64,000 nt of DNA, taken from NCBI GenBank assembly GCA_051362555.1, contig CM120640.1, forward strand, positions 6,448,001-6,512,000, in the 5' to 3' direction. Positions 27,541 to 41,300 of the stretch are shown here, one piece after another. The translations under genes and the position numbers were made by a program. This DNA comes from Lingula anatina. Taxonomy: Eukaryota > Animalia > Brachiopoda. Under the pieces are notes generated by a model, which was given only the letters and a program-made list of their open reading frames with translations, did no database searches and was not told the origin of the DNA. The number at the start of each line of letters is the position of its first letter. Position 1 is the first letter of the stretch.

Positions 27541-30500
27541 AGCTAACTTGTTTCATAGCAAAGAAAGCAACCTTGGTCTAAGGACTGTGTAATTGATCAG
27601 CAACAATTGTCCAACAAACTACTGCAAGGAAGCTCAGAAGAAATGCCAGAAGACGATATAAGTGTAATAAATTGAAGTTTCTACATAAATAAAAATGCAC
27701 ATGGAAGTACTGATCTTGAATAATATTCTAACAAAACAAAAACAAATTTGCCTTTCACGTAATGTAGAAATGAGAAATCTGAATGATAATATTATTTCCA
27801 TACTATTTTAGTCATGGTTTCAAAGATAATCAATATAATGAGCTGATGATTTCGCCAAGCCCATCTAATAAACAATTCAACAGAACAGACACACAGTCAA
27901 ATGATTTAGGTTAAGGTCAGCTACATCGGAAAATCAAAATTTATGAAAGAACATTTCTATCAGTTTCTCCAACATTAGAAGAGATACATGCCAAAATAGC
28001 AGCAATGTAGAGCCTCTAACCCACTCTACGGGTGCAGTTAATGACCTGCAAATAAACTGATTCTTTTGTCTTGTTGTTTTATGAAAATCAGATCAAATGT
28101 ATACCACACAAAATCTGCCAAAAAGGATGAACATCTTTATATTTACTGGTGAACATTTTTAGTTTTAGCCCCAGACAGCTGAACTTACTATTATGCACTT
28201 TACTCTTGTGCTTCAAATTTTTTATGTTAAAATATTTACTTAACTTTTTTGCAAGAAAGCATTATTTAATGTTTGTCAGAGGTTTATACCTTAATCAATT
28301 GTGATTTTATTTTTTCTAAAAGAAATTTAACTTCAATCAGTGTCAGAATGAATCATTCATTTTGTCCTTAAAGTAACATCAAAACTACTCAAATTAGAAA
28401 GCTAACTCTTTCAGAGAAAAGAGTCCAATTTTATACAAACAATAGTTATCATAACATTTAAATTATTTTTTTCATTTAACAAAATTTCAAAATCAACTTT
28501 AACTTAAATCCCTCAGCAGTATCTAAAAACAACATGCACTTGAGGCGACTTCTTTAACTAACATGCATGACCATCTTGAAAAGTGTAGAGATAGATACAT
28601 TTGTAGATAGATAGATAAATGGAAATGAAACCTAAGAAAAGCTACCTCAACTAATACACAATTAATCATTTTTGATCACTGAAGTGAAGTATTTAATTTA
28701 ATTGAAATGGAAGGTGTTTGAAGTGAGGTTTCAGATATATTTTACAGTATATTAGTTATAAGCAATGATGTTAGACTGCCATTGGCAGCCATTTCTAAAC
28801 TTATATCACTAAATAAATCATTTTGCCAGCTATCATATTCAATTGTTCAAACAATGCTGCACTGTGGGCACCAAATTATTCCCTTTCTTTCCCTTTCATT
28901 CCCTTTTCAGTTTTTGTCATACTGTGTCTATAAACTAGGAAACACAAGAACAGGTCCCCATTGTTACCGAACCATTGCTGTCCTTAATACATATGTGACT
29001 GCAAACAAGATGATTCTCTGCATAAAACGTGCTGCATACTAAACTTAATGATCAAGAAACGTCTTGGTCTCTCATACATGAATGCAAACAGGGTGATTCT
29101 GTGCATCAACGTGCTGGGTAAATCATCCAGAAGATAAGGTGGACTGGAGTATTTGCTGTGTAACCGAGTCAACTGTAAACACCTACCTACTTTAACCTCC
29201 CTCAAGAGTAGTGCTCAAACTTTAAACAGGCATAAACTTTCTATATGGCTTCTTCTATGGAATGTACCGTTAAGTCAACTTTGTACACGCACCCCTCTCT
29301 AATCGCAGCATAGGAGGCCAATTTTTTTTCTCTCATCATAATTGTGGTGTTATGTACACTGGCATTATTAACTGGTCTGCCAATTCCTCACATATCACTG
29401 ATACTTAGAAGAATCCTGAAAACTATCCTTGTCATTATCTTGGAAAAATATGTTATACACATTGATCTGAACCCAGTCTTCCTTTTTGCCTTCTTCCTCC
29501 CTTTTATAAATAGGAAAAAGAACTTCTATGTCCAGCCTCAAAAATAGTTCATGTTGTTACAAAATTTTCTTTCCTAATTTTCACACAATCACTGAGCCAA
29601 AGCTATAAGTGAAGATGTGAATTCTGACTTAGTTTGAACACACTGATACTTTTACCTTTCCTGATGCTCCATTATATCTCATAAGTACAGAATCTGTGCC
29701 ACATTTGCATGCTAACTTAACATTAAAAATTAACAGAAAAACATACTTCATATTATCTCATTTGGAAAATGGGCTATCATATGGAACTGATGTTTTTTTT
29801 TTTTTAATTGTCCCTGTTTGAAATCAGTCAAATTCTTTCAGGTGTGCAGAGCCCTTGGCATCTATCTGAGTTTGTGTTAAACTTTTCCTCCCTTTTTCAT
29901 AACTAAGAAAGACAAATATTAGTCTGTTGTTCTGAAAATTACTTCTAAATGACTTAGTCCAGGAATGTGCAAACAAATTGTTTGATTTTATGATTTGCAA
30001 GTTGATATCAAACACTTTTGGCTGGCTCAAATTGGTTCAACAAATAATTCTGGTTGCATTGAGAAAACAGCCAAGTTCATCAAACAGTTTTGGAGGTGAT
30101 TGATTAGATAAACAGCTGATTACTTTCAAAATATTTCAGGCAACTACATTCTTGTACAACAGCATGTGTAAAATGTTCCCTATTTATGATTTGCACCTAA
30201 GTTTGGTACAGCTCATAAAATCCAGAAGTAATAAAAATGGAATATGTAATGTAAGAAATATTCTCAGAATTCACTATCTTTACAGGTTTTCTTGAATTCC
30301 AATTTCAATATAAAAATAGAGTTATGAAATAATATTCACTGATACAGAAAAAAATAATAAGCACTCTGACTATCTAGCGATATTACATTGCTGTGTAAGC
30401 AGGAGAGGAAGCCGAGAGATTCCCATGTTCTCCAGGCTGTAGAAGTCTCCAGAAGACTTATCAACCAATTAACCCCCTCAGAGCAAACACCCTAGCACAA

Positions 30501-32636
30501 CACTCACATTAATGAGAATTAGGTGAAAATGATGCGGCAGCTTCAAAGAGGGAGTCCCCTAAGCTGCCACTTGAGAGGCATCTCTTGCGGAGATACAGGA
30601 GATTTGTCCCACACGAGGACTCCATGACGATGACAACATGTCACACTTCAAGTCATGTGGACGAGACAAGAAACATATACAGTGGGTGGATGACACAGAG
30701 ACATAAGGGGGGAGGCTGAGTGCAGGAATGTTAATCCCTAGGGGTCAAAAAGGATGCAGTATAGGTGTGTGTGTGCTTGGAGGAGGGGGGGGGGGGGGGT
30801 CTTAAGGGCCAAGTTCATAGACTAACATACAGTTAAGTTACTATAGGAGCATAAAGAAATGTAATCTTATTTACAGGAACATCCCCAGGCCTGGCCAGGG
30901 TCAGTTTTAGGTTGCTTGTGTGTTAATTCGTTCTCATGTTTGTATCCTTTGGTACCTCTTTATAAAGAATACCATGTTTTACCACAAAATGAAATTTCAA
31001 ATCAAAAGGCTTCCTTTTTATGATTTCATGAGCAAAAACCAGAATTGTGTACATTTAAACTGCATTTCCATTTAACGTCAATATCCCCTTTCCCAAAACA
31101 GATGCATAGGACATATATCCAAAGCCCAAGAAACCTCTTTACTTTACATTAATTTTTGCTTGTCAGTTGTACCTAGCAAATGCATGTTACTTGAAAAAAG
31201 TTAATTTTAACAACTAATCAAAAAATCGCTGGTTAACTTTCTGTAAGTGACAAGTTCAGCAATGACAGCACCATAATTTTTTTCAATTAAAGGAGGATCA
31301 AACATCTGATGGAACATTCCAATAATATGGCAATGAAAAATGAAAATGTGCACCCCATGAAAACACCTCCTTAAAGCAAAGTATTATTATCTATGTAATG
31401 TTTACATCTGCAGGTATATTTACTACTGGAAAGTTCTACACCCACGCATCTGGCATTGTCTGTGTCAAGAACTTTGCTATCATTTGAGTATGTTAACATG
31501 GGTAGAACCATGAACTTTTCACATGATAACATGTAAACAGACAGGATAACAGTGATTCCAACTTTCTTTAAACCCCACCTTGAACAGAAACCACCAAAAA
31601 TGAAATCCATATCTGAACTTGAAGGTACTGTAAACACATAAAGTAAAGTTAAATGAGAGGTGTAAAACATTCCCGCCATCAAGGTATCAGTGAATCAACA
31701 TGGGAATTGTTTTTTTTTTCACAGCAATAACAGACAGAGCATCTAGATAAGACCTGAACTTCTCAACTTCATCTGTGTACATAGCATGAATGAAAGTAAA
31801 TGTGGCTGTTTGTGACAGGGCTCTATTTGTCACTGTTATCCATTTTACAAGATAGAGTGGGACATCAGAGGAGACAGACACACTTTTACACTTGTTGTCC
31901 TTAAGTGCTGTTTACATGGGTTATCAGGATTGGGGGCAAGATTCCCTTGGCTCCGTCTGAAGAAGATGCAGAAAAGTTTCCATTTTATTGGATACAATAT
32001 ATGTCAATCACTTTGTCCCAGACATAACTTTTTTATGGATAAGCAAAAAAAGTATACTTTCTTAAAGGGTGCCTTGCACCTTTCTGATAAGACCATCCCT
32101 GAGGAAGTTTCTTTGAAGTTCCTCAAAACTATCAGTTGACAGTGATACCAGCAGGCACTTGCCAAACATTCCCAATCAGTCAAGTATCATATAGGAAGCA
32201 TAATGTTTCTATTATACTAAATGTAAAAATAGTTATTTTGTAACTTATTTATCTTCACTTTAAGTAAAAAATGCATTGTGGAATTCTCTTCCACATTAAC
32301 AGCCATTCCCTTCACAAATCACTCTTCATTCCAGCTAATTAATCTAGTCAAAAATTCCACAGACCTCCCAAAATAGTGACTATAAACCATTATGCAACGT
32401 TAGAGCCACAAATGAGGCACAAAATTCCATTTCAGTACTTGGAACTGCCACCAGTCATTTTCCCCTTTATCAATGTGAATATATGTTAAAGATATCCCCA
32501 TTCACCAGCTGTCCTGCTCTGTAGGTTGAGAAATTGTCACATTTATTCTTCTCAAGTTAAATTTTCTGTCATCGATTTATGCACATGTAGACCTAGGATA
32601 GAAGATTTATTTTGGGTCCTAGTGTAGATATATATA

Positions 32637-32931
32637 CAGGTCTACCCAACTACCAGACTGGGCACCGAATGATTCTGAATTCACCAGTAGATCGGACCAC
32701 ACTACCTGTTTTTAAGGTGTGCATCAGTATCAGACGCGACACCGCTCTTGCCTAGTATGCGATGTGATAGCAATGATTCTGAGCGGGGTAGGAATGTAGT
32801 GCCGAAAATGAGGTGCAATACCCGGATGACAGGATGCATACTGACACACACATTGAAAACGGGTAGTGTGGTCCAATCTACCAGTGAATTCAGGATCATT
32901 CAGTGCCGAGACTGGTAGTTGGGTAGGCCTG
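32637..32931. mobile_element. MITE with ~95-bp TIRs inserted in (TA)n
   Basis: CAGGTCTACCCAACTACCAG... and ...CTGGTAGTTGGGTAGGCCTG form long imperfect inverted repeats with ATATATATA on both flanks. Confidence 0.85.
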
Positions 32932-35900
32932 ATATATATATTATTTATTGGTCACAATAAAAGGATATACGTGAGATGAGATTATCAATGTTATGTAAGC
33001 TTCCCAGGGAACTTGGCTCTTATAAAATAAGCTCCAGATGTTTCTTCCCTAATTTCAGTCAGGATGTCTCCTCTTTGTTTTCACACTTAGACTTTAATTT
33101 TTTTCCAAGTACCCTTCTCCAGGACACAAACATACATTAAAACATTAGAGAACAAGAACTCTGATATTAGCAACAATTGGCTGAAAACAACTATCAAGAC
33201 AACTTTGTAATATTGACAAAGTTTTTTTTACAAATATCATGAAAAAATTAGATGAGGCGGAATTTAAAAAAATCAAAACCAGCATTTCAAATCAAAACTG
33301 ATTCACTATCAATAATAAATATGTATATATTCCCTGCTGTTGAGCATGGGTTTTATGTCACCAAGCCTAAAAGATGAAGTATAAGAAAAAAATGCACCTC
33401 CTGTATCAGGTTATTCTAAGAGTAGCGCATACAGTCAATATTATGGGCGCAAGTGTTGCCTTATGATTACTTTATCAAACATAGAGGATTGGTTTATCAG
33501 CCAAGTTTATCAGTTATCAAGTGTCAACAATTTTCACTTTTTTTCAACATAAAGGGTCTTTCATTCAGTGCTGGGACACATACAGGGGCAGGGGTTAGCA
33601 CATAGGAAGAAAAATGAGACAGAGAAGTCTGGACTTGTCTCCGTTTTCTCAACCAAAAAAAGGGGGGAACAAAATTTGAGATCCATTATGTTAAGTGAGT
33701 GAGTGAGTGAGGTGGTTAAAAAAACATCCTGAGTTATTAATAAAAATCCATCCATCTTGTAAAATCTATCTGTTCATTATTCATATTCTAAAAGTAAACC
33801 AGGAAGATACTTAATTCTCCAGAAAAAAGTCATTTTTACAAATAAGATCTTTTTTCACAATAATCATTAAATCAGGCTTCAAGTTATCTCTGGCAGTCTT
33901 ACAGCCTTGTAATTTAATTAACCATAACAGAACTGTTAAATCATGCTGTGGGGACTCCATTCTATCCGAACCTTAGAAACTCCTGCAATGAAAAAAGCCT
34001 GAAAGCAGCCGCCTGCAACTGAACAAACTCTTATCAAAAACTAGCTCCAATTAGCAGGAAGCGAAAAATGAAATAGAACATTTACAAAAAAAAAAAAAAA
34101 AAAAAAAAAAAAATAGAAAAATGTCCAGGATTACAAATAAGAGGAAACAGAAATTGCTTTCCCATCCTTTTGGTTTGTGTTCAGCTATTTTGCTGAGTGA
34201 TCAGGGTCATTTCAGCTGCTTTCAACTGTTTTTTATGACTGACCATAGAAAGGCATTAGTATAATCAGATCATTTGGGGGTCTGAAAGAGAAGGTGTGCT
34301 TTCCCACAATGCCAGGAGGCTCACGAGGGAGATGGCACTCCTGGATGGATGCCTGTCCTTTCTATAAAAAAAGAGCAAGAAAAGCTTTGAGAAATGCTAT
34401 GGAGTGTTTTTTTAATATATATATATATCTTTGCAACAACTTTGTTCTACATCTTGAACACTTTCAATAGACCGTAAAATCATTAATAGTACAAAATACA
34501 AACTTAAGTTAATAGCAGTGTGCACTAAAAAACAATAAGCTGAAAAAAGCTGTTGCCAACAGTTTCTGTACTCATGCAATGTGTGAGACAGCCCCTACAA
34601 ATGGCCCCTTAAAACATAGAATGATATATGCATGACCGCACCAATTTTTTATGTGCTAAGCATATGAAAACCATGACTGATAATTTAAAGTGACCAGTAA
34701 CTTCAAATGAACATTTTTAACTTCTTAATACACACCAATGATCAAAAAGATTTTAAAGAAAAAAAAACTATTTCTCACAGAAAAAATGCTCAGCATCTAA
34801 TATATTTCTCCTCTTGCAATTAGAAAGTCCTTGTCTTAAATATATGTGCTTTCAAATATCTTGAGAATTGAGATGTCAAGAGTTCCCACATCTTTCCATC
34901 AAAGATTAGATGCTACAAGAAATTCCAAATTAAGCCACTTTGTGTTTGTCCTGATCAGTTAGCTGTCTACTCCATTACAATGTACCTATAAACCCTACAC
35001 AGGTCCATGCTAATGTTCAAGTTGGAAACCCAACTAAAAACCATTTAGTCTGCCTTTTTTCCACCTCAGTGGAGGCAGTCATTCAGTGGTGTGTGCTGCT
35101 ATATTAAAACAGACTTTAATTGCCTTATCAGTACTTAACTCATATAACCATAGTAAACCTTCCTTTTAATTTATTTTAAACACCATTGCCAAATACTCAA
35201 ATCAGTTAAACTTGCACTAGGTTAAAGCAAAATTCACTGGTATCTTGTTTGGGCATAAACCTCCTAACACAATCTCCCTTTATCATAAATGTTTTTTCTA
35301 CACCAATTTAAATGATTTAAACACATTCAAGTCAAGTAATGCATTCAGTAATAAAAAATCTCACTTGCTTTTGTTGCCCCCCAAAATCACTTAATTTGTC
35401 GTGTAACAGGAAGTATAAGGAACAAAATAACCAGGAACTACTGGTGGCAGTATACGTCATTAGCAGGGATCTTTATTACAGAAAAAACGGTATTGGTGTT
35501 TAGCAAGTTCAGGTGTGAGTGGAGATCTTGCACCCTGTTGACAACCTCTGCCTTCTCTTTTTTGTAAACCCTTGAAGATCTCAAATGGCTGCAAATGACT
35601 AGAATTTATCGTTTAAATAATATTTAGGCCCTCAAAAGTTTCATTAGGTACCCAGAGATAGCTAAATCATAGATTTACTGTGTTTGTCATCACTTTTCTA
35701 CAGTTTACTCTTAAATCTATCTTTACTAGCCTATTAAACATATATAAGGCTTTTCACATAACTTAACAGCAGTCAACAAGCCCAGCCTGTTTAAAATGTT
35801 TATTGTGACTGTCAATTTATATGAATGAAGGCATTTGCCCAATGTAATTGAGCAAACTGCTACTTTCAACAAACATTAAAAACAAAAAAAAATTGTTTGT

Positions 35901-36207
35901 AAAACAAAATCACGCACATTGCACTAAGTTGCATTTTCACCTTAAATATCCAAAATAAAACCTTTAATGACATTTAAAAGTTTACTCAATTTGCAAAATA
36001 CTTTATTAATTGGTTTCAAATCTTCAAAAGTTCCAATATGCAATGACAACTTTCATAATGCATCACTGTATGGCACTACACAGTACTATGGTCTTTTAAT
36101 GAACCGCAATATCGATATCCTCAATTTTTCTCAAAATAAAATAACTAATGGTATTCACCATTGTCTCAATCACAGATTCACATATGCAATCAATTATGTA
36201 CTAGTAT

Positions 36208-38276
36208 TCATAAGTCTGTATCCCTGGCTATGCTGTGTTGTAATTGCACCAAGTCCCTCAACACCTTCAGTGTGTTCTGACACCTGTCCAGCAAGGGTCT
36301 GCCTTCAGAATCCACGGATTCCTCCACCTGGAGGCTCTTGGCATATAACTGCTTGTACACATCCACATGCTGCTGCTTGCTGAATCAATAAGTTGATTAT
36401 GTAGGAATTATTAGATATCAAAAATTTATATCCCAAGTGAATTTGAACCAGGGGAACGCAGGATAGAAACTGGTGACCTAAACAGTAGGTCAACAAATGG
36501 GAACATTTCAAATTTGATAGTCCTAGCTCATCCTTTTCAACAATAGTTTTATGAAGTTTCACATTTTAAGTGTCATTCTTATATACCCAACTTTTTATCT
36601 TATCTCTTATAAGAAAAATTCATAAATTAGAATAAGAAGCAAAGGATTTTAATCAAATGTGTAATACATGGAATATGGGTGACAGATGTAAATATATCTT
36701 TCCAAGGTCAGTCGCACCAATAATCACCTTTTCTTATTCTGTGATTTCTGCAGTTTCACAATATTGAGCAAAACAAAGTGGAGTCTTGAGGAAAGGATTG
36801 ACAATAACTTTTGGCACTCATCAACATATCCCTGAAAGTCGTCTGCCTCTTCCTGATCAGTGATATGTCTCTCAATGCCAGACAGTGGCTCCACACAGTG
36901 GAGAATGTGATCCAGAGCAACAGTTAGAGTCTTGATTTTAGCTGGCACACTAGTTTGTCCTGAATTCAAAATTAATATGCTTTAAAATTATTGTTTACTG
37001 TTAGTGTTATATCCAAGTGTGACTAGGAGAAATATAACATCCTGGTATTTTTTGCAAAACGCTCTTCCTTAAAAAATCATTATGAATGTTTAATTTTCCA
37101 TGCATACAAAACATGTAAATAATCAAAAAAAATCTACGAGATCACCACAATCAAAAGTTGTTTCACAAGACTTTGAATTCCCTTTTTGACTTAACTGACC
37201 AGGGATGCTTCATAAAGAATAATATAGCCAATTTAGTAATCAAACAAAATCTTGCTACATAATGACAAAAGTTAAGAAAGATATCAAATCATGTACCTGT
37301 CAATCTTCTGTAACCATGACTTCCTTTAAACTCTTCACACTTACCATTAAACTGAAACTCGCACATGGCTACCCTCTCTAGCTGCACACGGAGCTGTTCA
37401 GACCAGCTGTCCACTAGCTTAAAGAAATGGCTAGCTTTCTCATAGTGCAGCTCTGCCAGGGTACGCAGGTGCTTCTTTTTTTGCTCTGCTAACTGAAAAA
37501 TAATGAGATGAGAAGTATATATAAACAGAAGTAAACTAAGAATAAAAGTAAAAGTCCTTAGGATTTGGATCGACTAATACTCACTGCTTTAACAAACTTT
37601 TCCTCCAATTATTTGAAAAAACAGGATTTTACTTGTGTGTTTTATCATACTAATACTATATTCTTACCTGCAGCCTGGTTATATCAGATATCAAATTACA
37701 TTCATTTTTCCCAATACAATATGATATCACAAACCTACATATTTATAACTACTCCATCTCATGTAGTTACATATTAGTAATTAGCAAAATCAATGACAAA
37801 CAATATACAGGGTGATTGATATTTGACCAGTTAAGGTCACTTTCATTCATGCCAAACTCAATTAATATTCGTTTTCTTTATTGTAACTAACTGGCCATGT
37901 ACATGTAGTCAAAATGGTAATGAAAATGAAACAAGGGAATTATCATGCTATTCAACTACACATAAAGGAATAGTGGTGTTCCAAACAGAGGACTATAAGG
38001 AGCCAAGAAATGGTATCCACCTGGTTCCTGTAGGCATTGTGGTACAGGGAGGCCAGCCTGTGGTGGATGGTGGCTGCCCTGTACTGGCAGGCTGCTTGTC
38101 TGGGGGAAGCAGTCTCCACATCACAATATTTCAGAGTTTTTACCATGAGATTTGTAACATCCTTCTCAATCTGAAATCCAGTAAAATGTACAAGGGTATG
38201 TTTTTAATTGGTTTCCTACTTTAATTGTCCTTTTCAAATCCCCTTTATTAACTGGAATTGGGGGCGGGGGGGGGGG

Positions 38277-38310
<34 letters not shown>

Positions 38311-41300
38311 TTGAAATTTATCTTAAAATGTAAAAAAGACGTCTCTATTTATATCAACTCTTATGATACCATATCATTCCTGTGTCAGCGAAACATAGAA
38401 TTTATGTGACAACTTGTGTAAAAAGAAGAAAAAATTTCAGTACGTTTACAGGTGTAAAAAGAGCAATAATGGTACACAGATATAATGAACATATAAATCT
38501 GTACCTGTTCCTGGGCCTGTGTAGACAGGGGAGCATAATCCTGCAGTAAGGAGGCCATGGCAAAGTAAGTACTAGATAACTCCCAGCTCACAGAGTCCCA
38601 GATGGTGGGATTCTTTGACCTACTGCTGATGATACTCAGGGCTTTCTTGTAGAAATCACAGGCCTTATGGGAACAAAAGAAGTTTCCTTCAATATACTTC
38701 TGGTTTTCAACAATAAAATGGTTTTACAAAGACATTAATCAAAGCTATATATTATGCCACATGATAAAAAGACACATTAACAATCAATTTATGAAGAAAA
38801 GAAAAATAATTAAATAGCAATAGCAAACTTATTATCTCTAATTGTCATTAAACTAAGCTAACTCTTAGTCCTCAACTCACTTTGCTATAATAAACTCTCT
38901 CTTGAGCACTGAACTCTCTGCGCTGTCCACCATCGACATATTGCACAAAGGCCTGCGCACACAGTCGCATTAAACGGCCTATGTTAGAAGTGAGAAGTGC
39001 AATGTTTGCCTCATCACTGACACTATCAAACAGCATGATGCCCCGTTCAAAGCAGGTCTGGCTGGTTTTCCAGAGGTCTTCAACTTGCTTCGATGGTCCT
39101 TCAAAACCTAAAACAACAAGAGAAGATCCTGATTAATATATTTCAGAGCTTTTATAGTATCTACTGCTTTAGACAATGACAGAAAAAGGACGCCATACAA
39201 TATAACAGAAACAGAAAGAATTGAGAATTAAATCAACAATGAATGAATAGGACAAAGTTTGAAAGGAGAATTTAGAGAAAAGTAAAAAGAGACTGAGACA
39301 TCAGCTCAGTTGTATGTCTCATCAGCAATGTACTGTGTGCCCTCACTATAAGTATAACCCTAACTCACTTGCTTCATTTGTTAAAACTGCTGCCTGGTTC
39401 ATATACAGGACACCAAGTTCATTCCTCACATTCCCCTGCCGCTTGATCAGACTTTCCTGTTTCTCTGTATTATTGTATCTTTGGGAAATCTCTAATGCCA
39501 GCTGATAACAGTGCAGAGCATCTGTTAAATTCTTCTCTGTGCCAGAACTGAACTGACACGCCCACTCAAAACCTATATAAAAATACATTTGGAGTAAATG
39601 GAAAAATACAATGGAAATGTAACTTTCTGGAAGTCATGTATGTACTTTGAAACTGCAAATTCTTTTCAAAATACTTGAAATGTAAGCCACAATACAGGGT
39701 TCAAAAAGAAAGTTTAACCAAGTAATTCTGAGTTAAGTAAATAATTAAAATAAATCAGCAATCATAATTTTAACAGGTAATTTTTTTTACTGAATATTTA
39801 CCTTACAGTCAATACTTACTAAACTCTTGCAGCTCTAAACTGACACTTTCCAAAATCACAGAATCATACTCTGACATATATCTGTATGCTTCTTCATAGA
39901 CTTGTAACTGGTTGACATTCTGTGTCAGCATCAGCCTGATGTCACCTGTCAAACTGTACATCATCTCCAATAGGGGGTCACTCTCCTGACCCTTCTGTGG
40001 ACACAGTGTGCGCATGGCATCTAAAAAAATGAAGGTTGGCTACACAGCACACACCCAAAAGAATTAATTGCCGTTTTTGGATGTATTTATGTCACACTTA
40101 TGCACAAACACTTATCTCATTTAAAACTCTGCCACTAGAGTGCATAATGAATTACATCTTAAATATTTTCTTAAATCTTTTCCTGTTTTAGAAATTTTTT
40201 CGTTTCTTTTACTAGCACTTTTAAAATATTTATTCACACTGCATTGTAAAGTCTACTGAAAAAAATTTGGATTTTAGACTCAAAATATATATTATCACTA
40301 TTATCATTTTACAAATATTGAAAATCTTAACTTACCAAAACAAAGTAAAGCCAGTCTAACATACTTCAGTGCTTGACCATACTTAAATAAAGAGTTTTTA
40401 GCATCAGCTATACTGTAGTATGCCAGTACCCCTTTTCTCAGAAGTAAAACTTTCGAGTTGTAATGCCATGTTCCTGGGGAAACTGTCACTTTTACTTTGT
40501 CTTTTTTCAATAAAACTAAGCTGTCACTTCTTTCTCTTGACTCTGAACTGGCGAAAGAATCATCATTCTCTTTGTCTTCATGAACAAAGTCAGGTTTGAG
40601 ATCGAGTTCACTTATTGGCTGATAGTGCAGTGGTATGGCTTGATATGGGTTGCAGGTTTTGGGAGCCATACCATGCTCTTGCATCTCTCGTCGCTTTTTT
40701 ATTTCTTTAACTTCACTGTCTATACATTTTAAACCCTAAAACAACAAAACCATCAGTGAATATATAAACAATTTTATAAAAATAAACTCTTAAAGTTTGT
40801 ATTGATCAATCTAAGGCAAAAAAGAGAACAAGGATGAATCATTTATAGACCTACTAAAAAATAAGAGGCTTTTTCCAGCACAAGTATTTCATTTGATGAT
40901 ATTGTTTGACATTCTCTTAAGTGGTAGAAAGCAAAAAAAATCTTCTTATGGTTATTATATTCTGCAATATTTAAAACTATAACACAGTGAAAAAAAATAC
41001 CTCAGCAATAAACTTCAGCCCCTCCAAGCACCTGTCTTCTACATTTCCACAGACTGGTGGGAACCGCAACACTTCATTGACATCATTCTTCTCCTTCTCT
41101 GGCAATCTTAAGGTCTTCACTGCCACTGATGTTTGTGCCTTCACAGTCTTTTCTTCATCATCATCTTCATCTTCTACCCAGCCCTAAGGAGTAAAAATCC
41201 AAGCCATACATGGCCAAATATAATTTTTTATTAAAGTACTTGCAAATTTTATCTTAGTGATGCCATTAAGTTGAGCTACAACTGACATTTTCAAAGTTTC

